Assembly: GCA_964575235.1 (NCBI GenBank)
Contig: CAZNQG010000003.1
Span: 1-59,692, forward strand
DNA length: 59,692 bases
Direction: 5' to 3'
Origin: an uncultured Bacteroides sp.
GTDB taxonomy: Bacteria > Bacteroidota > Bacteroidia > Bacteroidales > SM23-62
The first letter of the stretch is position 1. The number at the start of each line of letters is the position of its first letter. The notes beneath the pieces are model-generated. The model did not search any database. It was not told where the DNA came from and saw nothing but the letters and a program-made list of their open reading frames with translations. Shown here one piece after another: positions 1-10,485 of this stretch. A program made the translations under genes and the position numbers.

Positions 1-1371
1 GTACAGGACAGGATACACGACTTCGGAGAAGTTGAACAAACCCTGAATTCGGAGGACAGGAAACTGCAGGCTGCCCGCTGCATGGATTGTGGGGTCCCGT
101 TCTGTCACTGGGCATGCCCGGTCATAAATATTATTCCCGAGTTCAACGACCTGCTGTACAGGGGGGAATGGAAAAAGGCCAGCCAGGTGCTGCATACGAC
201 AAATAATTTTCCGGAATTTACGGGAAGGATCTGTCCCGCACCCTGCGAGGATGCCTGCGTCCTGACCATAGACAAATCACCGGTCACCATCCGGGAGAAC
301 GAAGCCGCGATCACGGAAATGGCTTTTCGGGAGGGCTACATCAGGCCCAACCCACCCGGTTACCGTACGGGCAAGAAGGTGGCCGTGATAGGTTCGGGTC
401 CCGCGGGACTCGCATGCGCCGACCAGTTGAACAAGGCAGGGCACCTGGTCACGGTTTTCGAGAAGGAAGATGCGGCCGGGGGACTGTTGCGTTATGGCAT
501 TCCGGACTTCAAGCTGAACAAGGATGTAGTCGACCGCAGGCTAAACATCATGCTTGCCGAAGGGGTGCAGATTCAGTACGGCCAGGAGGTCGGCAAGAAT
601 CTGGACGCCGGGGGACTGGTTGATTCATACGACGCTTTATGCATCGCCATAGGGGCGGAGGAGCCCCGAGACCTCCAAATCGAAGGCAGGGACCTGGATG
701 GAATCCATTTTGCCATGGATTATCTCAGGCAGCAGAACAAAATCAGCCGTGGTCTCGAAATTCCCTACGATTACCTCATCAATGCGAGGGATAAAAACGT
801 AGTGGTGCTGGGCGGGGGCGATACCGGGTCGGACTGTGTAGGCACTGCTGTGAGGCAGGGGGCCAGTTCCATTACGCAGATCGAGATCCTCCCCCAGCCC
901 CGGGAAGTGGACGGCAAGGAAAATCCGAACTGGCCGTTCAATCCCCAGAAGCTCAAAACATCCACCTCACACGAGGAAGGCTGCATACGCAGGTGGAGCC
1001 TGTCCACCAAAAAATTCGTTGGCGATATGCGGCAGGTCATGGGACTGGAACTGGTGCAGGTGGACTGGACCCGGGATCCGAAGGGACAGTTAAAAATGCA
1101 TGAAATACAGGGAACTGAAGAATTCATAGAGGCCGACCTGGTATTGCTGTCGCTCGGTTTCCTTCACCCGGTGCAGGAAGGGATTATACGTTCGCTCGGA
1201 CTTAAGGTGAACAGCCGCAAGAACATCGTCACCGACCATGCTTTTTCTACCAGCCATGAAAAGGTTTTTGCCGCCGGAGATGCGAGAAATGGTGCCAGCC
1301 TTGTCGTGACGGCCATTTATTCCGGAAGGCAGGCCGCAGCGGCCATTCATGATTACTTGATGTCTTCCTGA
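1..1371 (+). CDS. gltD: Glutamate synthase small subunit (NAD(P)H), 5'-truncated by window edge
   Basis: Frame open from base 1 (VQDRIHDFGEVEQ...QAARCMDCGVPFC); Fe-S Cys motifs CMDCxxPFCxxxCP and GRICPAPCE; GSGPAG and GGGDTGSDC dinucleotide-binding motifs; C-terminal FAAGD. Confidence 0.95.
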   Translation, partial: VQDRIHDFGEVEQTLNSEDRKLQAARCMDCGVPFCHWACPVINIIPEFNDLLYRGEWKKASQVLHTTNNFPEFTGRICPAPCEDACVLTIDKSPVTIRENEAAITEMAFREGYIRPNPPGYRTGKKVAVIGSGPAGLACADQLNKAGHLVTVFEKEDAAGGLLRYGIPDFKLNKDVVDRRLNIMLAEGVQIQYGQEVGKNLDAGGLVDSYDALCIAIGAEEPRDLQIEGRDLDGIHFAMDYLRQQNKISRGLEIPYDYLINARDKNVVVLGGGDTGSDCVGTAVRQGASSITQIEILPQPREVDGKENPNWPFNPQKLKTSTSHEEGCIRRWSLSTKKFVGDMRQVMGLELVQVDWTRDPKGQLKMHEIQGTEEFIEADLVLLSLGFLHPVQEGIIRSLGLKVNSRKNIVTDHAFSTSHEKVFAAGDARNGASLVVTAIYSGRQAAAAIHDYLMSS

Positions 1372-2018
1372 GACAGGCGCAGGTATTCGGTTTTCTCTGT
1401 AAAGGTTCCCTGCTTTAACAGTTTTTTCAGTTCTTTGGCCGTTGGGGAAAGGATGTATTTTATCGGATTCCCATCCTTGTCATTGATTACTTCAACGTTA
1501 CAGTATTGACTGAAGAGTTCCATTTCTTTTACGTGGTCGATATCGAAAAGAAAAGCCCTCCCGCCGCGGTCGAAATTCAGTTTTACCACCATCCACAGGG
1601 TGTCGGTGGGTAGATTCAGAAAATAATCCTTACCCATTTTACGGAGCCGGTCGCCCCGGACTATGCTGAACACCGTGTCATAGATCACGATTCTGCCGAA
1701 AACCGAATCATTCCGGACGTCCACGGGAAACCTGAGGTCCGAATCCTTTATGAGAAGCATCCCGCCCGACAGTTCTGCATCCCCGTCTTCGATAACCTCC
1801 TCTACAGGGTTTGCCAGGTTCTCCTCATATCTTTCAAGGATTTTATCCGGTTTAATGATGTAAATGGAACTGTCGTCCAGTTCCATGTAGACGCCCCTGT
1901 ATGCGGGCGGGAAGCTCGTGAGATTTTTTTTGCCCTGCGGTTGCGGTTCCCGGAAGACCACGGTCGGATTACATGCGGTAAGGATCGCAAGGAGGAACAG
2001 GATTTCTATCTTTTTCAT
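1353..2018 (-). CDS. Hypothetical lipoprotein
   Basis: Likely start MKKIEILFLLAILTAC with lipobox LTAC; upstream TAnnTTTG box at 2035-2042 favours ATG 2018 over 2066; 3' end overlaps gltD by 19 nt. Confidence 0.75.
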   Translation of the reverse strand: MKKIEILFLLAILTACNPTVVFREPQPQGKKNLTSFPPAYRGVYMELDDSSIYIIKPDKILERYEENLANPVEEVIEDGDAELSGGMLLIKDSDLRFPVDVRNDSVFGRIVIYDTVFSIVRGDRLRKMGKDYFLNLPTDTLWMVVKLNFDRGGRAFLFDIDHVKEMELFSQYCNVEVINDKDGNPIKYILSPTAKELKKLLKQGTFTEKTEYLRLSQEDIK

Positions 2019-2034
2019 GAGTGCTGGTTTCTGA

Positions 2035-2067
2035 CAAAGATACGGCTTCGTAAAAAAAAAGCCCAAA
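2035..2067 (-). promoter_or_regulatory. Bacteroidota sigma-A-type promoter (-33 TTTG / -7 TATCTTTG) for the lipoprotein gene
   Basis: Minus strand reads TTTG (2067-2064), 21-nt spacer, TATCTTTG (2042-2035), matching TTTG...TAnnTTTG. Confidence 0.6.
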
Positions 2068-2118
2068 CGATTGACTTTTATAATTTTATTGCTATTTTAG
2101 GATCGTAAATCCAGAACC

Positions 2119-2190
2119 ATGCATTGCACTACATCCACCGCTTTTCCGACCTGGCGCTGGTGCTGGCGTAGCTTCACGAGGGTGTTGTAG
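2119..2190 (+). CDS. Trp-rich attenuator leader peptide MHCTTSTAFPTWRWCWRSFTRVL (23 aa)
   Basis: ATG 2119 to TAG 2190; three TGG codons at 2152, 2158, 2164; lies directly upstream of a terminator and a tryptophan synthase beta gene; absent from ORF track. Confidence 0.85.
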   Translation: MHCTTSTAFPTWRWCWRSFTRVL

Positions 2191-2218
2191 GCAATATGCA
2201 ATAAAAAATAACCGTAAT

Positions 2219-2252
2219 AAAAAGGGCATGTTGGTTATAACGTGCCCTTTTT
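2219..2252 (+). terminator. Attenuator terminator hairpin upstream of trpB2
   Basis: AAAGGGCATGTT-ggttat-AACGTGCCCTTT (one G-U pair) ending in a T run; competing pairing 2192-2199 (CAATATGC) with 2226-2233 (GCATGTTG). Confidence 0.85.
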
Positions 2253-2273
2253 GTATTTAAAAATCATACAGCT

Positions 2274-3668
2274 ATGAGTAAAAATTACAAAGTTTTCCTT
2301 TCTGAGAAAGACATGCCAAAGCAATGGTACAACCTGGCAGCAGATCTGCCCACAGCTTTGCAGCCGCCTCTGGGCCCCGATGGCAATCCGATATCCCCGG
2401 ACATGCTCGCCCCTGTATTTCCAATGAACCTGATTGAGCAGGAAGTCAGTCCCGATCGATGGATCGACATTCCTGAAGGCGTGCTGGAACTGCTTTACCG
2501 GTGGCGGCCAACCCCGCTGCACCGGGCATACCACCTGGAAAAGGCCCTGGGTACACCTGCCAAAATCTATTACAAGAACGAATCCATTTCCCCGGCCGGA
2601 AGCCACAAACCCAACACCGCTGTTGCCCAGGCCTGGTATAATAAGGAGTTCGGGATCAAAAAACTGACCACCGAGACCGGTGCCGGACAGTGGGGATCTG
2701 CCCTTGCCTTTGCCTGCTCTTTGCTGGGACTGGAATGCAAGGTCTTCATGGTAAGGGTTAGCTTCGATCAGAAACCCTTTCGCAAGATGCTGATGGCCTC
2801 CTGGGGAGCCAACTGCGTGGCCAGTCCCAGTGACGAGACCCAAGCAGGCAGGCACATCCTCGCCAAAGACCCCGACACTCCGGGAAGCCTCGGGATCGCC
2901 ATATCGGAAGCGATCGAAGCAGCCGTAACCGATAAAAGCGGAAAGACCCGATACAGCCTCGGGTCCGTGCTGAACCATGTCATGCTCCATCAGACCATCA
3001 TCGGACAGGAGATAAAGAAACAGCTGGAGATATTTGGTGAGAAAACGCCCGATATCATCATAGGATGCGCAGGAGGGGGCAGCAACTTTGCGGGAACCGC
3101 CTTTCCCTTTGTTTACGACAAGATCCATGGCAAGGACATCGACATCATACCCGTCGAACCTTCTTCCTGCCCAACCCTGACGCGTGCTCCCTTCGCATAC
3201 GACCATGGGGATGTGGCCTGCATGACACCGCTGCTCCCCATGTATTCGCTGGGTCACGAATTCATACCGCCCCCCATCCATGCCGGGGGACTCCGGTACC
3301 ACGGGATGTCACCCCTGGTTTGCCAGGCAACGGTGGAAGGATTGCTGAATCCCAGGTCGATACATCAGCTCGAAGCTTATGAGTCGGCCATTTTGTTTGC
3401 AAAGACCGAGGGGATCGTGGTGGCACCTGAAACCAGCCATGCGGTGGCGGCAACCATCCAGGAAGCCATGAAAGCGAAGGAGGAAGGCAAGGAGAAGGTG
3501 ATCCTTTTCAACCTGAGCGGTCACGGGCTTCTCGACCTGGTGGGGTACGACAAGTTCCTGAACGGACAACTTGTCGATTATTCACTGCCCGAAGAAGACA
3601 TCCGGAAATATACCGAACCCCTTAAGAATTTTCCTAAACCAAGCATGGCAAAGACAGGCAAATGGTAA
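2274..3668 (+). CDS. trpB2: TrpB-like PLP enzyme (tryptophan synthase beta chain type 2)
   Basis: GSHKPN (PLP Lys), [44 protein letters not shown]; N-terminal extension typical of TrpB2; no trpA adjacent. Confidence 0.92.
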   Translation: MSKNYKVFLSEKDMPKQWYNLAADLPTALQPPLGPDGNPISPDMLAPVFPMNLIEQEVSPDRWIDIPEGVLELLYRWRPTPLHRAYHLEKALGTPAKIYYKNESISPAGSHKPNTAVAQAWYNKEFGIKKLTTETGAGQWGSALAFACSLLGLECKVFMVRVSFDQKPFRKMLMASWGANCVASPSDETQAGRHILAKDPDTPGSLGIAISEAIEAAVTDKSGKTRYSLGSVLNHVMLHQTIIGQEIKKQLEIFGEKTPDIIIGCAGGGSNFAGTAFPFVYDKIHGKDIDIIPVEPSSCPTLTRAPFAYDHGDVACMTPLLPMYSLGHEFIPPPIHAGGLRYHGMSPLVCQATVEGLLNPRSIHQLEAYESAILFAKTEGIVVAPETSHAVAATIQEAMKAKEEGKEKVILFNLSGHGLLDLVGYDKFLNGQLVDYSLPEEDIRKYTEPLKNFPKPSMAKTGKW

Positions 3669-3697
3669 AACAGTGGTCCTGATTCATGTGAGTACTG

Positions 3698-3733
3698 AAA
3701 AAGGGCGTCGATTCCTGGTCGATGCCCTTTTTT
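3698..3733. terminator. Bidirectional intrinsic terminator between convergent genes
   Basis: AAAAAGGGCGTCGA-loop-TCGATGCCCTTTTTT; A run before and T run after. Confidence 0.8.
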
Positions 3734-3747
3734 CAGCGAGGGGCATC

Positions 3748-4443
3748 CTAGAAGGATATTCCGAATACCAGGTGGATCTGACCGGCATCCGGATTGGTTA
3801 TAAGGGATACCGAAACGGGCAATCCGTACTTCTCGGTCACCGGTATCTCCTTGCTTGCTTTAATGCCCAAATTCACCAGCCCAAAATTGCCGTCGGTGGT
3901 ATAGATGCCGTTTCCTGCACCCAGGAACACATCGAGAATCGAAAAACCGTATCCAAGCTCAAAATAAATCGAGTTGTTTGAGTCGTTGTAAAAGTTAACC
4001 CCGACCGTGGCTGTCAGAGGAAGGTTTTCCAGCCCGTTGAAGGTTGCAAAGCCTTCCATCACATGATTGGTGGAATCTTTCCTGTATTCATAGTAATCGT
4101 AACCGAATACCTCATTCGGGAAGAAATAATCGGTTACTCCTGCCGTTACGACATCCTTTATGGTGTAGGAAACGTAAAGATCCATCTCCTGGATGCCCGG
4201 CAGGTTTGTTGTATAAGCACCCCAGGCTCCAATGGCAAATCCACCAAAACCGGCCTCGATATTGGGCTGGATGCTGGGCGAGGCTCCGTAATCAAGCCCC
4301 CTCCACACGTAACGGCTTACCATGTCTGCCCCAATGCTGATCGGAGATTCTGCTTCATCTTCCTGTGCCCTCAGAACCGAAAAGGGTGAAAGCAGAAATG
4401 CAACCAAAATTAAAAATGATAATCGACAAGCAATTGTCTTCAT
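3748..4443 (-). CDS. Outer-membrane beta-barrel protein (TorF-like putative porin)
   Basis: Signal peptide ending LRA-Q; N-terminal SRYVWRG motif; alternating beta-strand pattern; C-terminal aromatic residue (GISF). Confidence 0.7.
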   Translation of the reverse strand: MKTIACRLSFLILVAFLLSPFSVLRAQEDEAESPISIGADMVSRYVWRGLDYGASPSIQPNIEAGFGGFAIGAWGAYTTNLPGIQEMDLYVSYTIKDVVTAGVTDYFFPNEVFGYDYYEYRKDSTNHVMEGFATFNGLENLPLTATVGVNFYNDSNNSIYFELGYGFSILDVFLGAGNGIYTTDGNFGLVNLGIKASKEIPVTEKYGLPVSVSLITNPDAGQIHLVFGISF

Positions 4444-4497
4444 AATGCACTCGATTTAGGTTAATAATTATGTTGTGATAAAACTATAGGGACGGGA

Positions 4498-7191
4498 TCA
4501 TTGAAAGACGACCAGCAAGGTATCCTGCTCCTTTGAATTAATGGAAACCAGGCCCGGTATGGTTTTCAAATGAGCCGTTCCCGGCTCACTCAGCCTGATC
4601 GTATAGGTGCCTTCTTCAAATACTCCGGGCTGGTATTTACTGGATGGTATACGGAGGGTGTAAATGATTTCACCCGTTATTTCATCTACGATTTGCAGAA
4701 CAGGTGGGCGTTCGAGTCCTTCAATGCTCATCGGGGGCAGCCAGAAATCCTTCTTCCTGCCGTAATTGTCCTCCATCCGCAGGGTCACCGGCCACCCCGG
4801 GTACTGGCTTGCGTTGTATGCTTCAGGGTCGCAATGCCTGGGCCAGCATTCCAGCGTGATGAACTGGGACCTTTTATTCAGCCGTATGATGCCGTATCCC
4901 GGAGCAGCATCGTGAAGCAGGGCCGGTTCCTTCCCTGACTGCTGTGGATTTGAGACGGAGTGGACGGTTATGCGGTTGCCGAATCCGTCCAGGTACCGTC
5001 CCGTATACGGTGGCATGCCTGGCTGGTGGTCATCCCCGGGGGAGGAAGGGAACCAGCGTCGAGGCCACAGATTGGCTATGGAAGGCACACAGAAAGAATA
5101 ACCTGCATCCTCCCAGTCATCGATTCCGTGGTGAAGGACCGAACCTAGGTGCTGGTCGCCGCATATCATGAGTGCAAAGCCCTTTCGCAGCTCATTGAGT
5201 GCTTTGTTCCTTCCGGTCTGAGGCCAGCCGTTCGAATCCATATCCCTTGCTTTTCGGTAATCTTTCGGGATGACTCCGGGGGGCAGGGCAGGAAGCCTTG
5301 GCGTATGGGCATCGGTAAGGAAAGTATCGGGATAGGTCGTCAGGTTGGCGAGCAGTGTCTGGCTGATAGCAACCTTCATGTCAACGCCTTGCCAGTCCCC
5401 CGCCCAGTCCCTCAGAAAGGATAACTGGCGTTCGCCCAGCAGGGTTGCGTCCGGGGAATCCAGCTGTCTGCCATCCACTCTCCTGGCCTGGGCGAATCCG
5501 TTTACGATGTGGTATTCGGGGTGTATTCTTGCGGGGGCGGATTTGAATTTGCGGTCCTCCAGGATGGCCCAGCTTACCCTTCCATAATTCATATTGCAAT
5601 AATAAACCCCTATGCCCTGCCGGACAGGCGAGGGGTCATAGGGATCCGGAAGGTGGCTTGTCTGGGTTTGCTGGATCATGTTAACCAGTTCGGGTGGAAG
5701 TTTATACCCACCCTGGTCCTGCTGCCAGTAGCCTTCCATTCCCCGGTAATAATCCGGATATGTGCCGGAAGGGGGACGGGCAGGCGCTTTTACGCCGGAG
5801 GCTCCCCAGAGGTTTCCTTGGTAGACGTCGTGGTCGTCCGGGATGGTAATGGATGGAATGTTCCGGGTCAGGTCCCCGTGCGCCCATAGGAACATATACC
5901 ACTTATAAAGGTAGTCCAGTGCCGTGTTCTGGACGGAACTCAGGTCCGCAGGGGTGGGCCTGCCCTCGTAAACATTATCCCCGGTGTAAATGAGCAGGTC
6001 CGGCTGATGTTTTGCTACGGAGGAAATCAGATCTTCGTGCGGGAACCAGATCCGTTCGGAGAAATCATAGGATTTCCCGGTTATGCCGCCGTGACTGTTG
6101 CTGTTTCCCGTAAATGCCGCCACGACCAATTCATCACGGTTTCCCGGGTCCTGGACGATCACACCGTAGTAGTAAAACGGGGTGAGGGAACCGTTCCGGT
6201 TGGGGAGCTTATATACGATCCGGTAGTCTGAACGAACCTCCTCCATCCAGTTGTTTACCCGGAAATTTGCCGTGTACTGTGGGATCATTATCTGACTGGT
6301 TGCCAGGGTTTTCCACTCACGTGCACGGGCGTCCCGGACCTGGAATTCCACCACCTGCTCGTCCGATTCGCTGAGGGGCGGAAGCTGAGCCGTTAATTTC
6401 AGTGTCCGGTCACTCAGGGTGTAGAGGGTGCCGATGACCGGTCCCAGTTCATGTTCCCGGGCCATTCGGACCTTGGATCCTGAGATCTCCCAGCCGGAAA
6501 ACCAGAAAGGGCCGCCGTTGCAAACAAGCGCAAGGCTGCCGCTGAAATTTCCCGTCCGGCTTATAAGGGTATCCAGACCGGCAAGTTCTTCCCTGGTTTC
6601 GGGATCGGATGCACAGAGCCGGACCTGGTACAATTCCCCTCTCGGTGTCATTACCAGCGAAAGGAGGAAGGATTCCGGGACCGGTACGCCGGGCTTTGCC
6701 TGCATTTCAGCCGAACACAATGTTTGCCCGGTTTCATTGTCAAGCAGGAATATTTTTCCCCGGGAGCTGACCGCTGCAATCATGCCTCCTCCCCGTCCAC
6801 AGGCCCCGTGGATCAGTGCCCGTCGCCGGTAATCCATGGACTCGTTCCCGGCCGCGATCAGGAAACCACTGTAGTCCCCGGCTCCCGGTCCCCCGCCCCT
6901 GCGGATCGATCCCGTGGCAACTTGCATATCAAGGGAGCCCGGGCGTCCGGAAAGGTAACATTCGAGAAAGTGCAGTGTGCGCTTCGGGAGTTCTGGGTTA
7001 AGGCACTCCACCCTGCCGTTATGCAATCGCCAGTCCTGGAGACGGTTGGCCCAGAATTCGGGACCGATCCAGTACCGGTCCGGAAGTTGCTCCCAGTAAG
7101 AGCGGAAGGGTTTCGTCCCCGTTCTCCTCTGGCAATCCGGCAGAGAGGCCAGCAGGGAAAGGATTGTCAGGATATGGATAAAGCGTTTCAT
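4498..7191 (-). CDS. Large exported PhoD-family (alkaline phosphatase D-like) metallophosphatase
   Basis: Signal-like start MKRFIHILTILSLL; metal motifs GDNVY, PDDHD, GDQH; start 7191 preferred over 7209. Confidence 0.75.
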   Translation of the reverse strand: MKRFIHILTILSLLASLPDCQRRTGTKPFRSYWEQLPDRYWIGPEFWANRLQDWRLHNGRVECLNPELPKRTLHFLECYLSGRPGSLDMQVATGSIRRGGGPGAGDYSGFLIAAGNESMDYRRRALIHGACGRGGGMIAAVSSRGKIFLLDNETGQTLCSAEMQAKPGVPVPESFLLSLVMTPRGELYQVRLCASDPETREELAGLDTLISRTGNFSGSLALVCNGGPFWFSGWEISGSKVRMAREHELGPVIGTLYTLSDRTLKLTAQLPPLSESDEQVVEFQVRDARAREWKTLATSQIMIPQYTANFRVNNWMEEVRSDYRIVYKLPNRNGSLTPFYYYGVIVQDPGNRDELVVAAFTGNSNSHGGITGKSYDFSERIWFPHEDLISSVAKHQPDLLIYTGDNVYEGRPTPADLSSVQNTALDYLYKWYMFLWAHGDLTRNIPSITIPDDHDVYQGNLWGASGVKAPARPPSGTYPDYYRGMEGYWQQDQGGYKLPPELVNMIQQTQTSHLPDPYDPSPVRQGIGVYYCNMNYGRVSWAILEDRKFKSAPARIHPEYHIVNGFAQARRVDGRQLDSPDATLLGERQLSFLRDWAGDWQGVDMKVAISQTLLANLTTYPDTFLTDAHTPRLPALPPGVIPKDYRKARDMDSNGWPQTGRNKALNELRKGFALMICGDQHLGSVLHHGIDDWEDAGYSFCVPSIANLWPRRWFPSSPGDDHQPGMPPYTGRYLDGFGNRITVHSVSNPQQSGKEPALLHDAAPGYGIIRLNKRSQFITLECWPRHCDPEAYNASQYPGWPVTLRMEDNYGRKKDFWLPPMSIEGLERPPVLQIVDEITGEIIYTLRIPSSKYQPGVFEEGTYTIRLSEPGTAHLKTIPGLVSINSKEQDTLLVVFQ

Positions 7192-7198
7192 TTCCGGC

Positions 7199-8233
7199 TT
7201 ACAGTTCAATGATGGCCTTCATGACACCGTCGCCGTATACGGATACCAGGTCGAATGCCGAGGGACTTTCCACAAATGGAAAGCGGTGGGTTACCAGTTG
7301 GGTGGGTTCCACCCGTCCATCGGCAATCAGGCTAATGGCCTTCCGCAGGCGGTCGTTCTGCCTTCGGACGTTCTGGAAGCAGATTTCCTTTCTCCGGATC
7401 AGGTCCGCAGGAAACACCCAGTTGTCAAATTCGGGGATGCCAACGATCATGATCTTTCCACCGGGTTTTACAAGTTCCACTGCCTGATCCATGGCCTCCT
7501 GCATCCCGCAGCAATCGAAGATGATATCGAGGCCGCTTCGATCCTTATCCAGAATCCCGGATACGATATTCTCTTTGTCCGGGTTGCCGGTCCATCCTGC
7601 ACCCGCGGCTGCTGCCATTTCAAGCCGGTAGTCCAGTTTATCCGTCATAAAGATATTTTCGGCTCCCAGGTGGAGGCAATACAGCAGGACGCACATGCCG
7701 ATGGGGCCGCTGCCCAGAATCCCGATGCTGCTGCCGGGCACGCTGCCGGCCAGATCGACGGCCCAGATCGCGATGGAAAGGGGTTCAGAAAGAACGGCCG
7801 GTTCGTTATCGAGCCGATCGGGAAGCGGGTAGCAGGAATGTTCCGGGAGAACGATGTATTCGGAAAGAAGGCCCGGATGTTGCCCCGGGTTGCCCAGGAA
7901 CCTGAGGTTCCTGCAGGTATGCGGCCTTCCCGCAAGGCACTGGTCGCATTGCCGGCAGGACATGGCCGGTTCGATGGCTATGCGCTGACCCGGTCTGAGT
8001 CGTTTGACGCCTTTCCCTGTTTTTTCGATGATGCCGGACCCTTCGTGTCCCAGGACGAAAGGGTACTCGACCCGGTTGCTGCCGATCCGCCCGGTGGTAT
8101 AGTAGTGCATATCCGAACCGCAAACTCCCATGTGAGTGACACGGATCAGGACATCCGATCCGTTCCGCAATACTGGATCCGGTTCCGTGATCATTCCCAT
8201 TTCGGACAGACCGGTAAGGGCCATGGATCTCAT
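7199..8233 (-). CDS. Zn-dependent alcohol/polyol dehydrogenase (sorbitol/threonine dehydrogenase-like)
   Basis: GVCGSD, GHE, structural Zn CxxCxxCx7C, GSGPIG Rossmann motif. Confidence 0.88.
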   Translation of the reverse strand: MRSMALTGLSEMGMITEPDPVLRNGSDVLIRVTHMGVCGSDMHYYTTGRIGSNRVEYPFVLGHEGSGIIEKTGKGVKRLRPGQRIAIEPAMSCRQCDQCLAGRPHTCRNLRFLGNPGQHPGLLSEYIVLPEHSCYPLPDRLDNEPAVLSEPLSIAIWAVDLAGSVPGSSIGILGSGPIGMCVLLYCLHLGAENIFMTDKLDYRLEMAAAAGAGWTGNPDKENIVSGILDKDRSGLDIIFDCCGMQEAMDQAVELVKPGGKIMIVGIPEFDNWVFPADLIRRKEICFQNVRRQNDRLRKAISLIADGRVEPTQLVTHRFPFVESPSAFDLVSVYGDGVMKAIIEL

Positions 8234-8304
8234 CCCTGCTTGAGTTTGAAGATTTCACCTAAAAATACAGATAATTAATTCCCTTTTAATAAACTTATAT
8301 CAAT

Positions 8305-8312
8305 TATCTTTG
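8305..8312 (+). promoter_or_regulatory. Bacteroidota -7 promoter element for the tal operon
   Basis: TATCTTTG exact TAnnTTTG match about 37 nt upstream of the tal ATG, in an AT-rich divergent spacer. Confidence 0.55.
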
Positions 8313-8348
8313 GGCCGACGTTAAATTGATAAAAGAGGGTTATCTGCA

Positions 8349-9305
8349 ATGAATTTTCTGGAACAACTGAAGCAGTATACTCAGGTTGTGGCCGATACGG
8401 GAGATTTTAAAGCCGTTGAAAGGTTCAGGCCCATTGACGCAACTACCAATCCATCGCTTATCTATGCCGCCGCCCAGGATGAGAAGTACCGGTCCCTGAT
8501 CACGGACGCCGTTGCTTACGGGAAAGACCGGTCGGGCTCTGTGGAGGATCGCCTGGACGAGATTCTGGACAAACTGGCCGTGAATTTCGGCATCGAAATC
8601 CTGAAGGTGGTGCCCCGCCGGGTGTCGACCGAGGTGGACGCCAGCCTGTCCTTTGATGCGGATGCTTCCATAGCCAAGGCAAGGAAGCTGATCGGGCTTT
8701 ACGAGCAGGAAGGCATTTCCAGGGATAAGATCCTGATCAAACTTGCAACCACCTGGGAGGGAATCCGTGCAGCGGAAATCCTGGAAAAGGAGGGGATACA
8801 CTGCAATCTCACCCTGCTTTTCAGCATGACACAGGCCATTGCCTGCGCCGAGGCAGGCGTTCAGCTCATTTCGCCATTTGTAGGAAGGATATATGACTGG
8901 CATCGTAAGGACAGGGGAGTGGACTATATTCCGGGAGCGGAGGATCCGGGGGTCCTTTCGGTAAGGGATATCTATAATTATTATAAGAAGTTCGGGTATG
9001 CCACGGAGATCATGGGGGCCAGTTTCAGGAATGCGGAGGAAATCATTGAGCTGGCGGGCTGCGATCTGCTCACCATATCACCGGCCCTGCTGGCAGAACT
9101 CGAGGGAACGGAAGGTGAACTGGAGCGTAAACTGGATCCCGAAGAAGCCCGATCGTCAGGGTTTGAGAAGATATCCCTGGATGAGAAGGCCTTCCGCTGG
9201 ATGCTGAACGAAAATGCCATGGCAACCGAAAAACTTTCGGAAGGTATCCGGAGGTTCAATGCGGACCTGAACAAACTGAAAGAAATGGTCTTGGCGTACA
9301 CGTAA
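8349..9305 (+). CDS. tal: Transaldolase (long, TalB-like form)
   Basis: [32 protein letters not shown] (Schiff-base Lys), [21 protein letters not shown]. Confidence 0.95.
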   Translation: MNFLEQLKQYTQVVADTGDFKAVERFRPIDATTNPSLIYAAAQDEKYRSLITDAVAYGKDRSGSVEDRLDEILDKLAVNFGIEILKVVPRRVSTEVDASLSFDADASIAKARKLIGLYEQEGISRDKILIKLATTWEGIRAAEILEKEGIHCNLTLLFSMTQAIACAEAGVQLISPFVGRIYDWHRKDRGVDYIPGAEDPGVLSVRDIYNYYKKFGYATEIMGASFRNAEEIIELAGCDLLTISPALLAELEGTEGELERKLDPEEARSSGFEKISLDEKAFRWMLNENAMATEKLSEGIRRFNADLNKLKEMVLAYT

Positions 9306-9934
9306 TGCAGCAAAGCATGAAAGACATCATGGATCTTTTAAAACAGGAGGCGGATGCCATCCTTGGCATACCCGTAACAGATGCCTTTTACAGGGCGACG
9401 GACCTGATACATGACAGGGTACACGAACATGGGGGCAAGCTGGTGTGCTCCGGAATGGGCAAGGCCGGGCAGATAGCCCTGAACATGTCGACCACTTTCA
9501 GCTCAACCGGTACACCAGCCGTATTTTTACATCCCAGCGACGCCCAGCACGGAGATCTGGGGATTATACAGGAAAAAGACCTTCTCCTGCTTATCAGCAA
9601 TTCCGGCAAAACCAGGGAGATCATTGAACTGGTGGACCTTGCCGGGAACCTGAACGGAAGGCTGCCGCTCATATTGATTACCGGGAATCCGGGCAGCGGA
9701 CTTGCAGAAGTGGCCGATGTCGTGCTGCACACCGGCAGTCCTGCAGAAATCTGTCCCCTGAGGCTAACACCGACGACATCGACCACCACCATGACGGTGA
9801 TAGGCGACATCCTGGTCGTCCTTCAGATGAACCGGATCGGATTCACGGCAAAGGATTATGCCAGGCGGCACCACGGGGGGTACCTTGGGGATAAATCCAG
9901 AAACCATCCAGCAAATGAGAGTACAAAGGGATAA
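9305..9934 (+). CDS. SIS-domain sugar-phosphate isomerase (KpsF/GutQ-like, no CBS domains)
   Basis: SGMGKAG, FLHPSDAQHGDLG, SNSGKT, PTTSTT, HHGGYLG; 209 aa; TAATG overlap with tal. Confidence 0.85.
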   Translation: MQQSMKDIMDLLKQEADAILGIPVTDAFYRATDLIHDRVHEHGGKLVCSGMGKAGQIALNMSTTFSSTGTPAVFLHPSDAQHGDLGIIQEKDLLLLISNSGKTREIIELVDLAGNLNGRLPLILITGNPGSGLAEVADVVLHTGSPAEICPLRLTPTTSTTTMTVIGDILVVLQMNRIGFTAKDYARRHHGGYLGDKSRNHPANESTKG

Positions 9935-10457
9935 TGCCGCGGCACTGATCATCGATGTACAGGAAAAGCTGTTCCCGCACATCCACGAAAACGATGCGGT
10001 CGAAAAAAACACAGGGGTGCTGATACAGGGTCTGCAGGTTCTGGGGATTCCCCTTCTTGTAACCCAGCAGTACAGCAAGGGACTGGGAGCTACCATTCCT
10101 TCCATCCGTGCTTTGTTCGAGCCTTTCCGGCACATTGAAAAGACCGCATTCTCCTGTTGCGACGAACCCAGGTTCCTGATGGCCCTGGAAGGTACGGGGT
10201 GTACCTGCATCCTGATTGCAGGCATTGAAGCCCACGTCTGTGTCCTCCAGACGGTCCTCGACATGGTGGAAAGGGGGTATAAGCCGGTTGTCATTGAAGA
10301 TTGCATCTCATCCAGAAAACCGTCCGATAAAAAAACCGCCCTGGAAAGAATGAAAAGGGAGGGCGCCGTTCTGAGTTCTTACGAATCGATCCTGTTTGAG
10401 CTCTGCCGGTATTCCGGCACGGAGGAATTCAAAGCCATCTCTGCCCTGGTGAAATAA
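9915..10457 (+). CDS. Isochorismatase-family (YcaC-like) cysteine hydrolase
   Basis: LIIDVQEK, EKTAFSC, GIEAHVCV; likely start MRVQRD at 9915. Confidence 0.85.
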   Translation: MRVQRDNAAALIIDVQEKLFPHIHENDAVEKNTGVLIQGLQVLGIPLLVTQQYSKGLGATIPSIRALFEPFRHIEKTAFSCCDEPRFLMALEGTGCTCILIAGIEAHVCVLQTVLDMVERGYKPVVIEDCISSRKPSDKKTALERMKREGAVLSSYESILFELCRYSGTEEFKAISALVK

Positions 10458-10485
10458 TCCGGTGCCTGGACCAGCCTCCAATACG

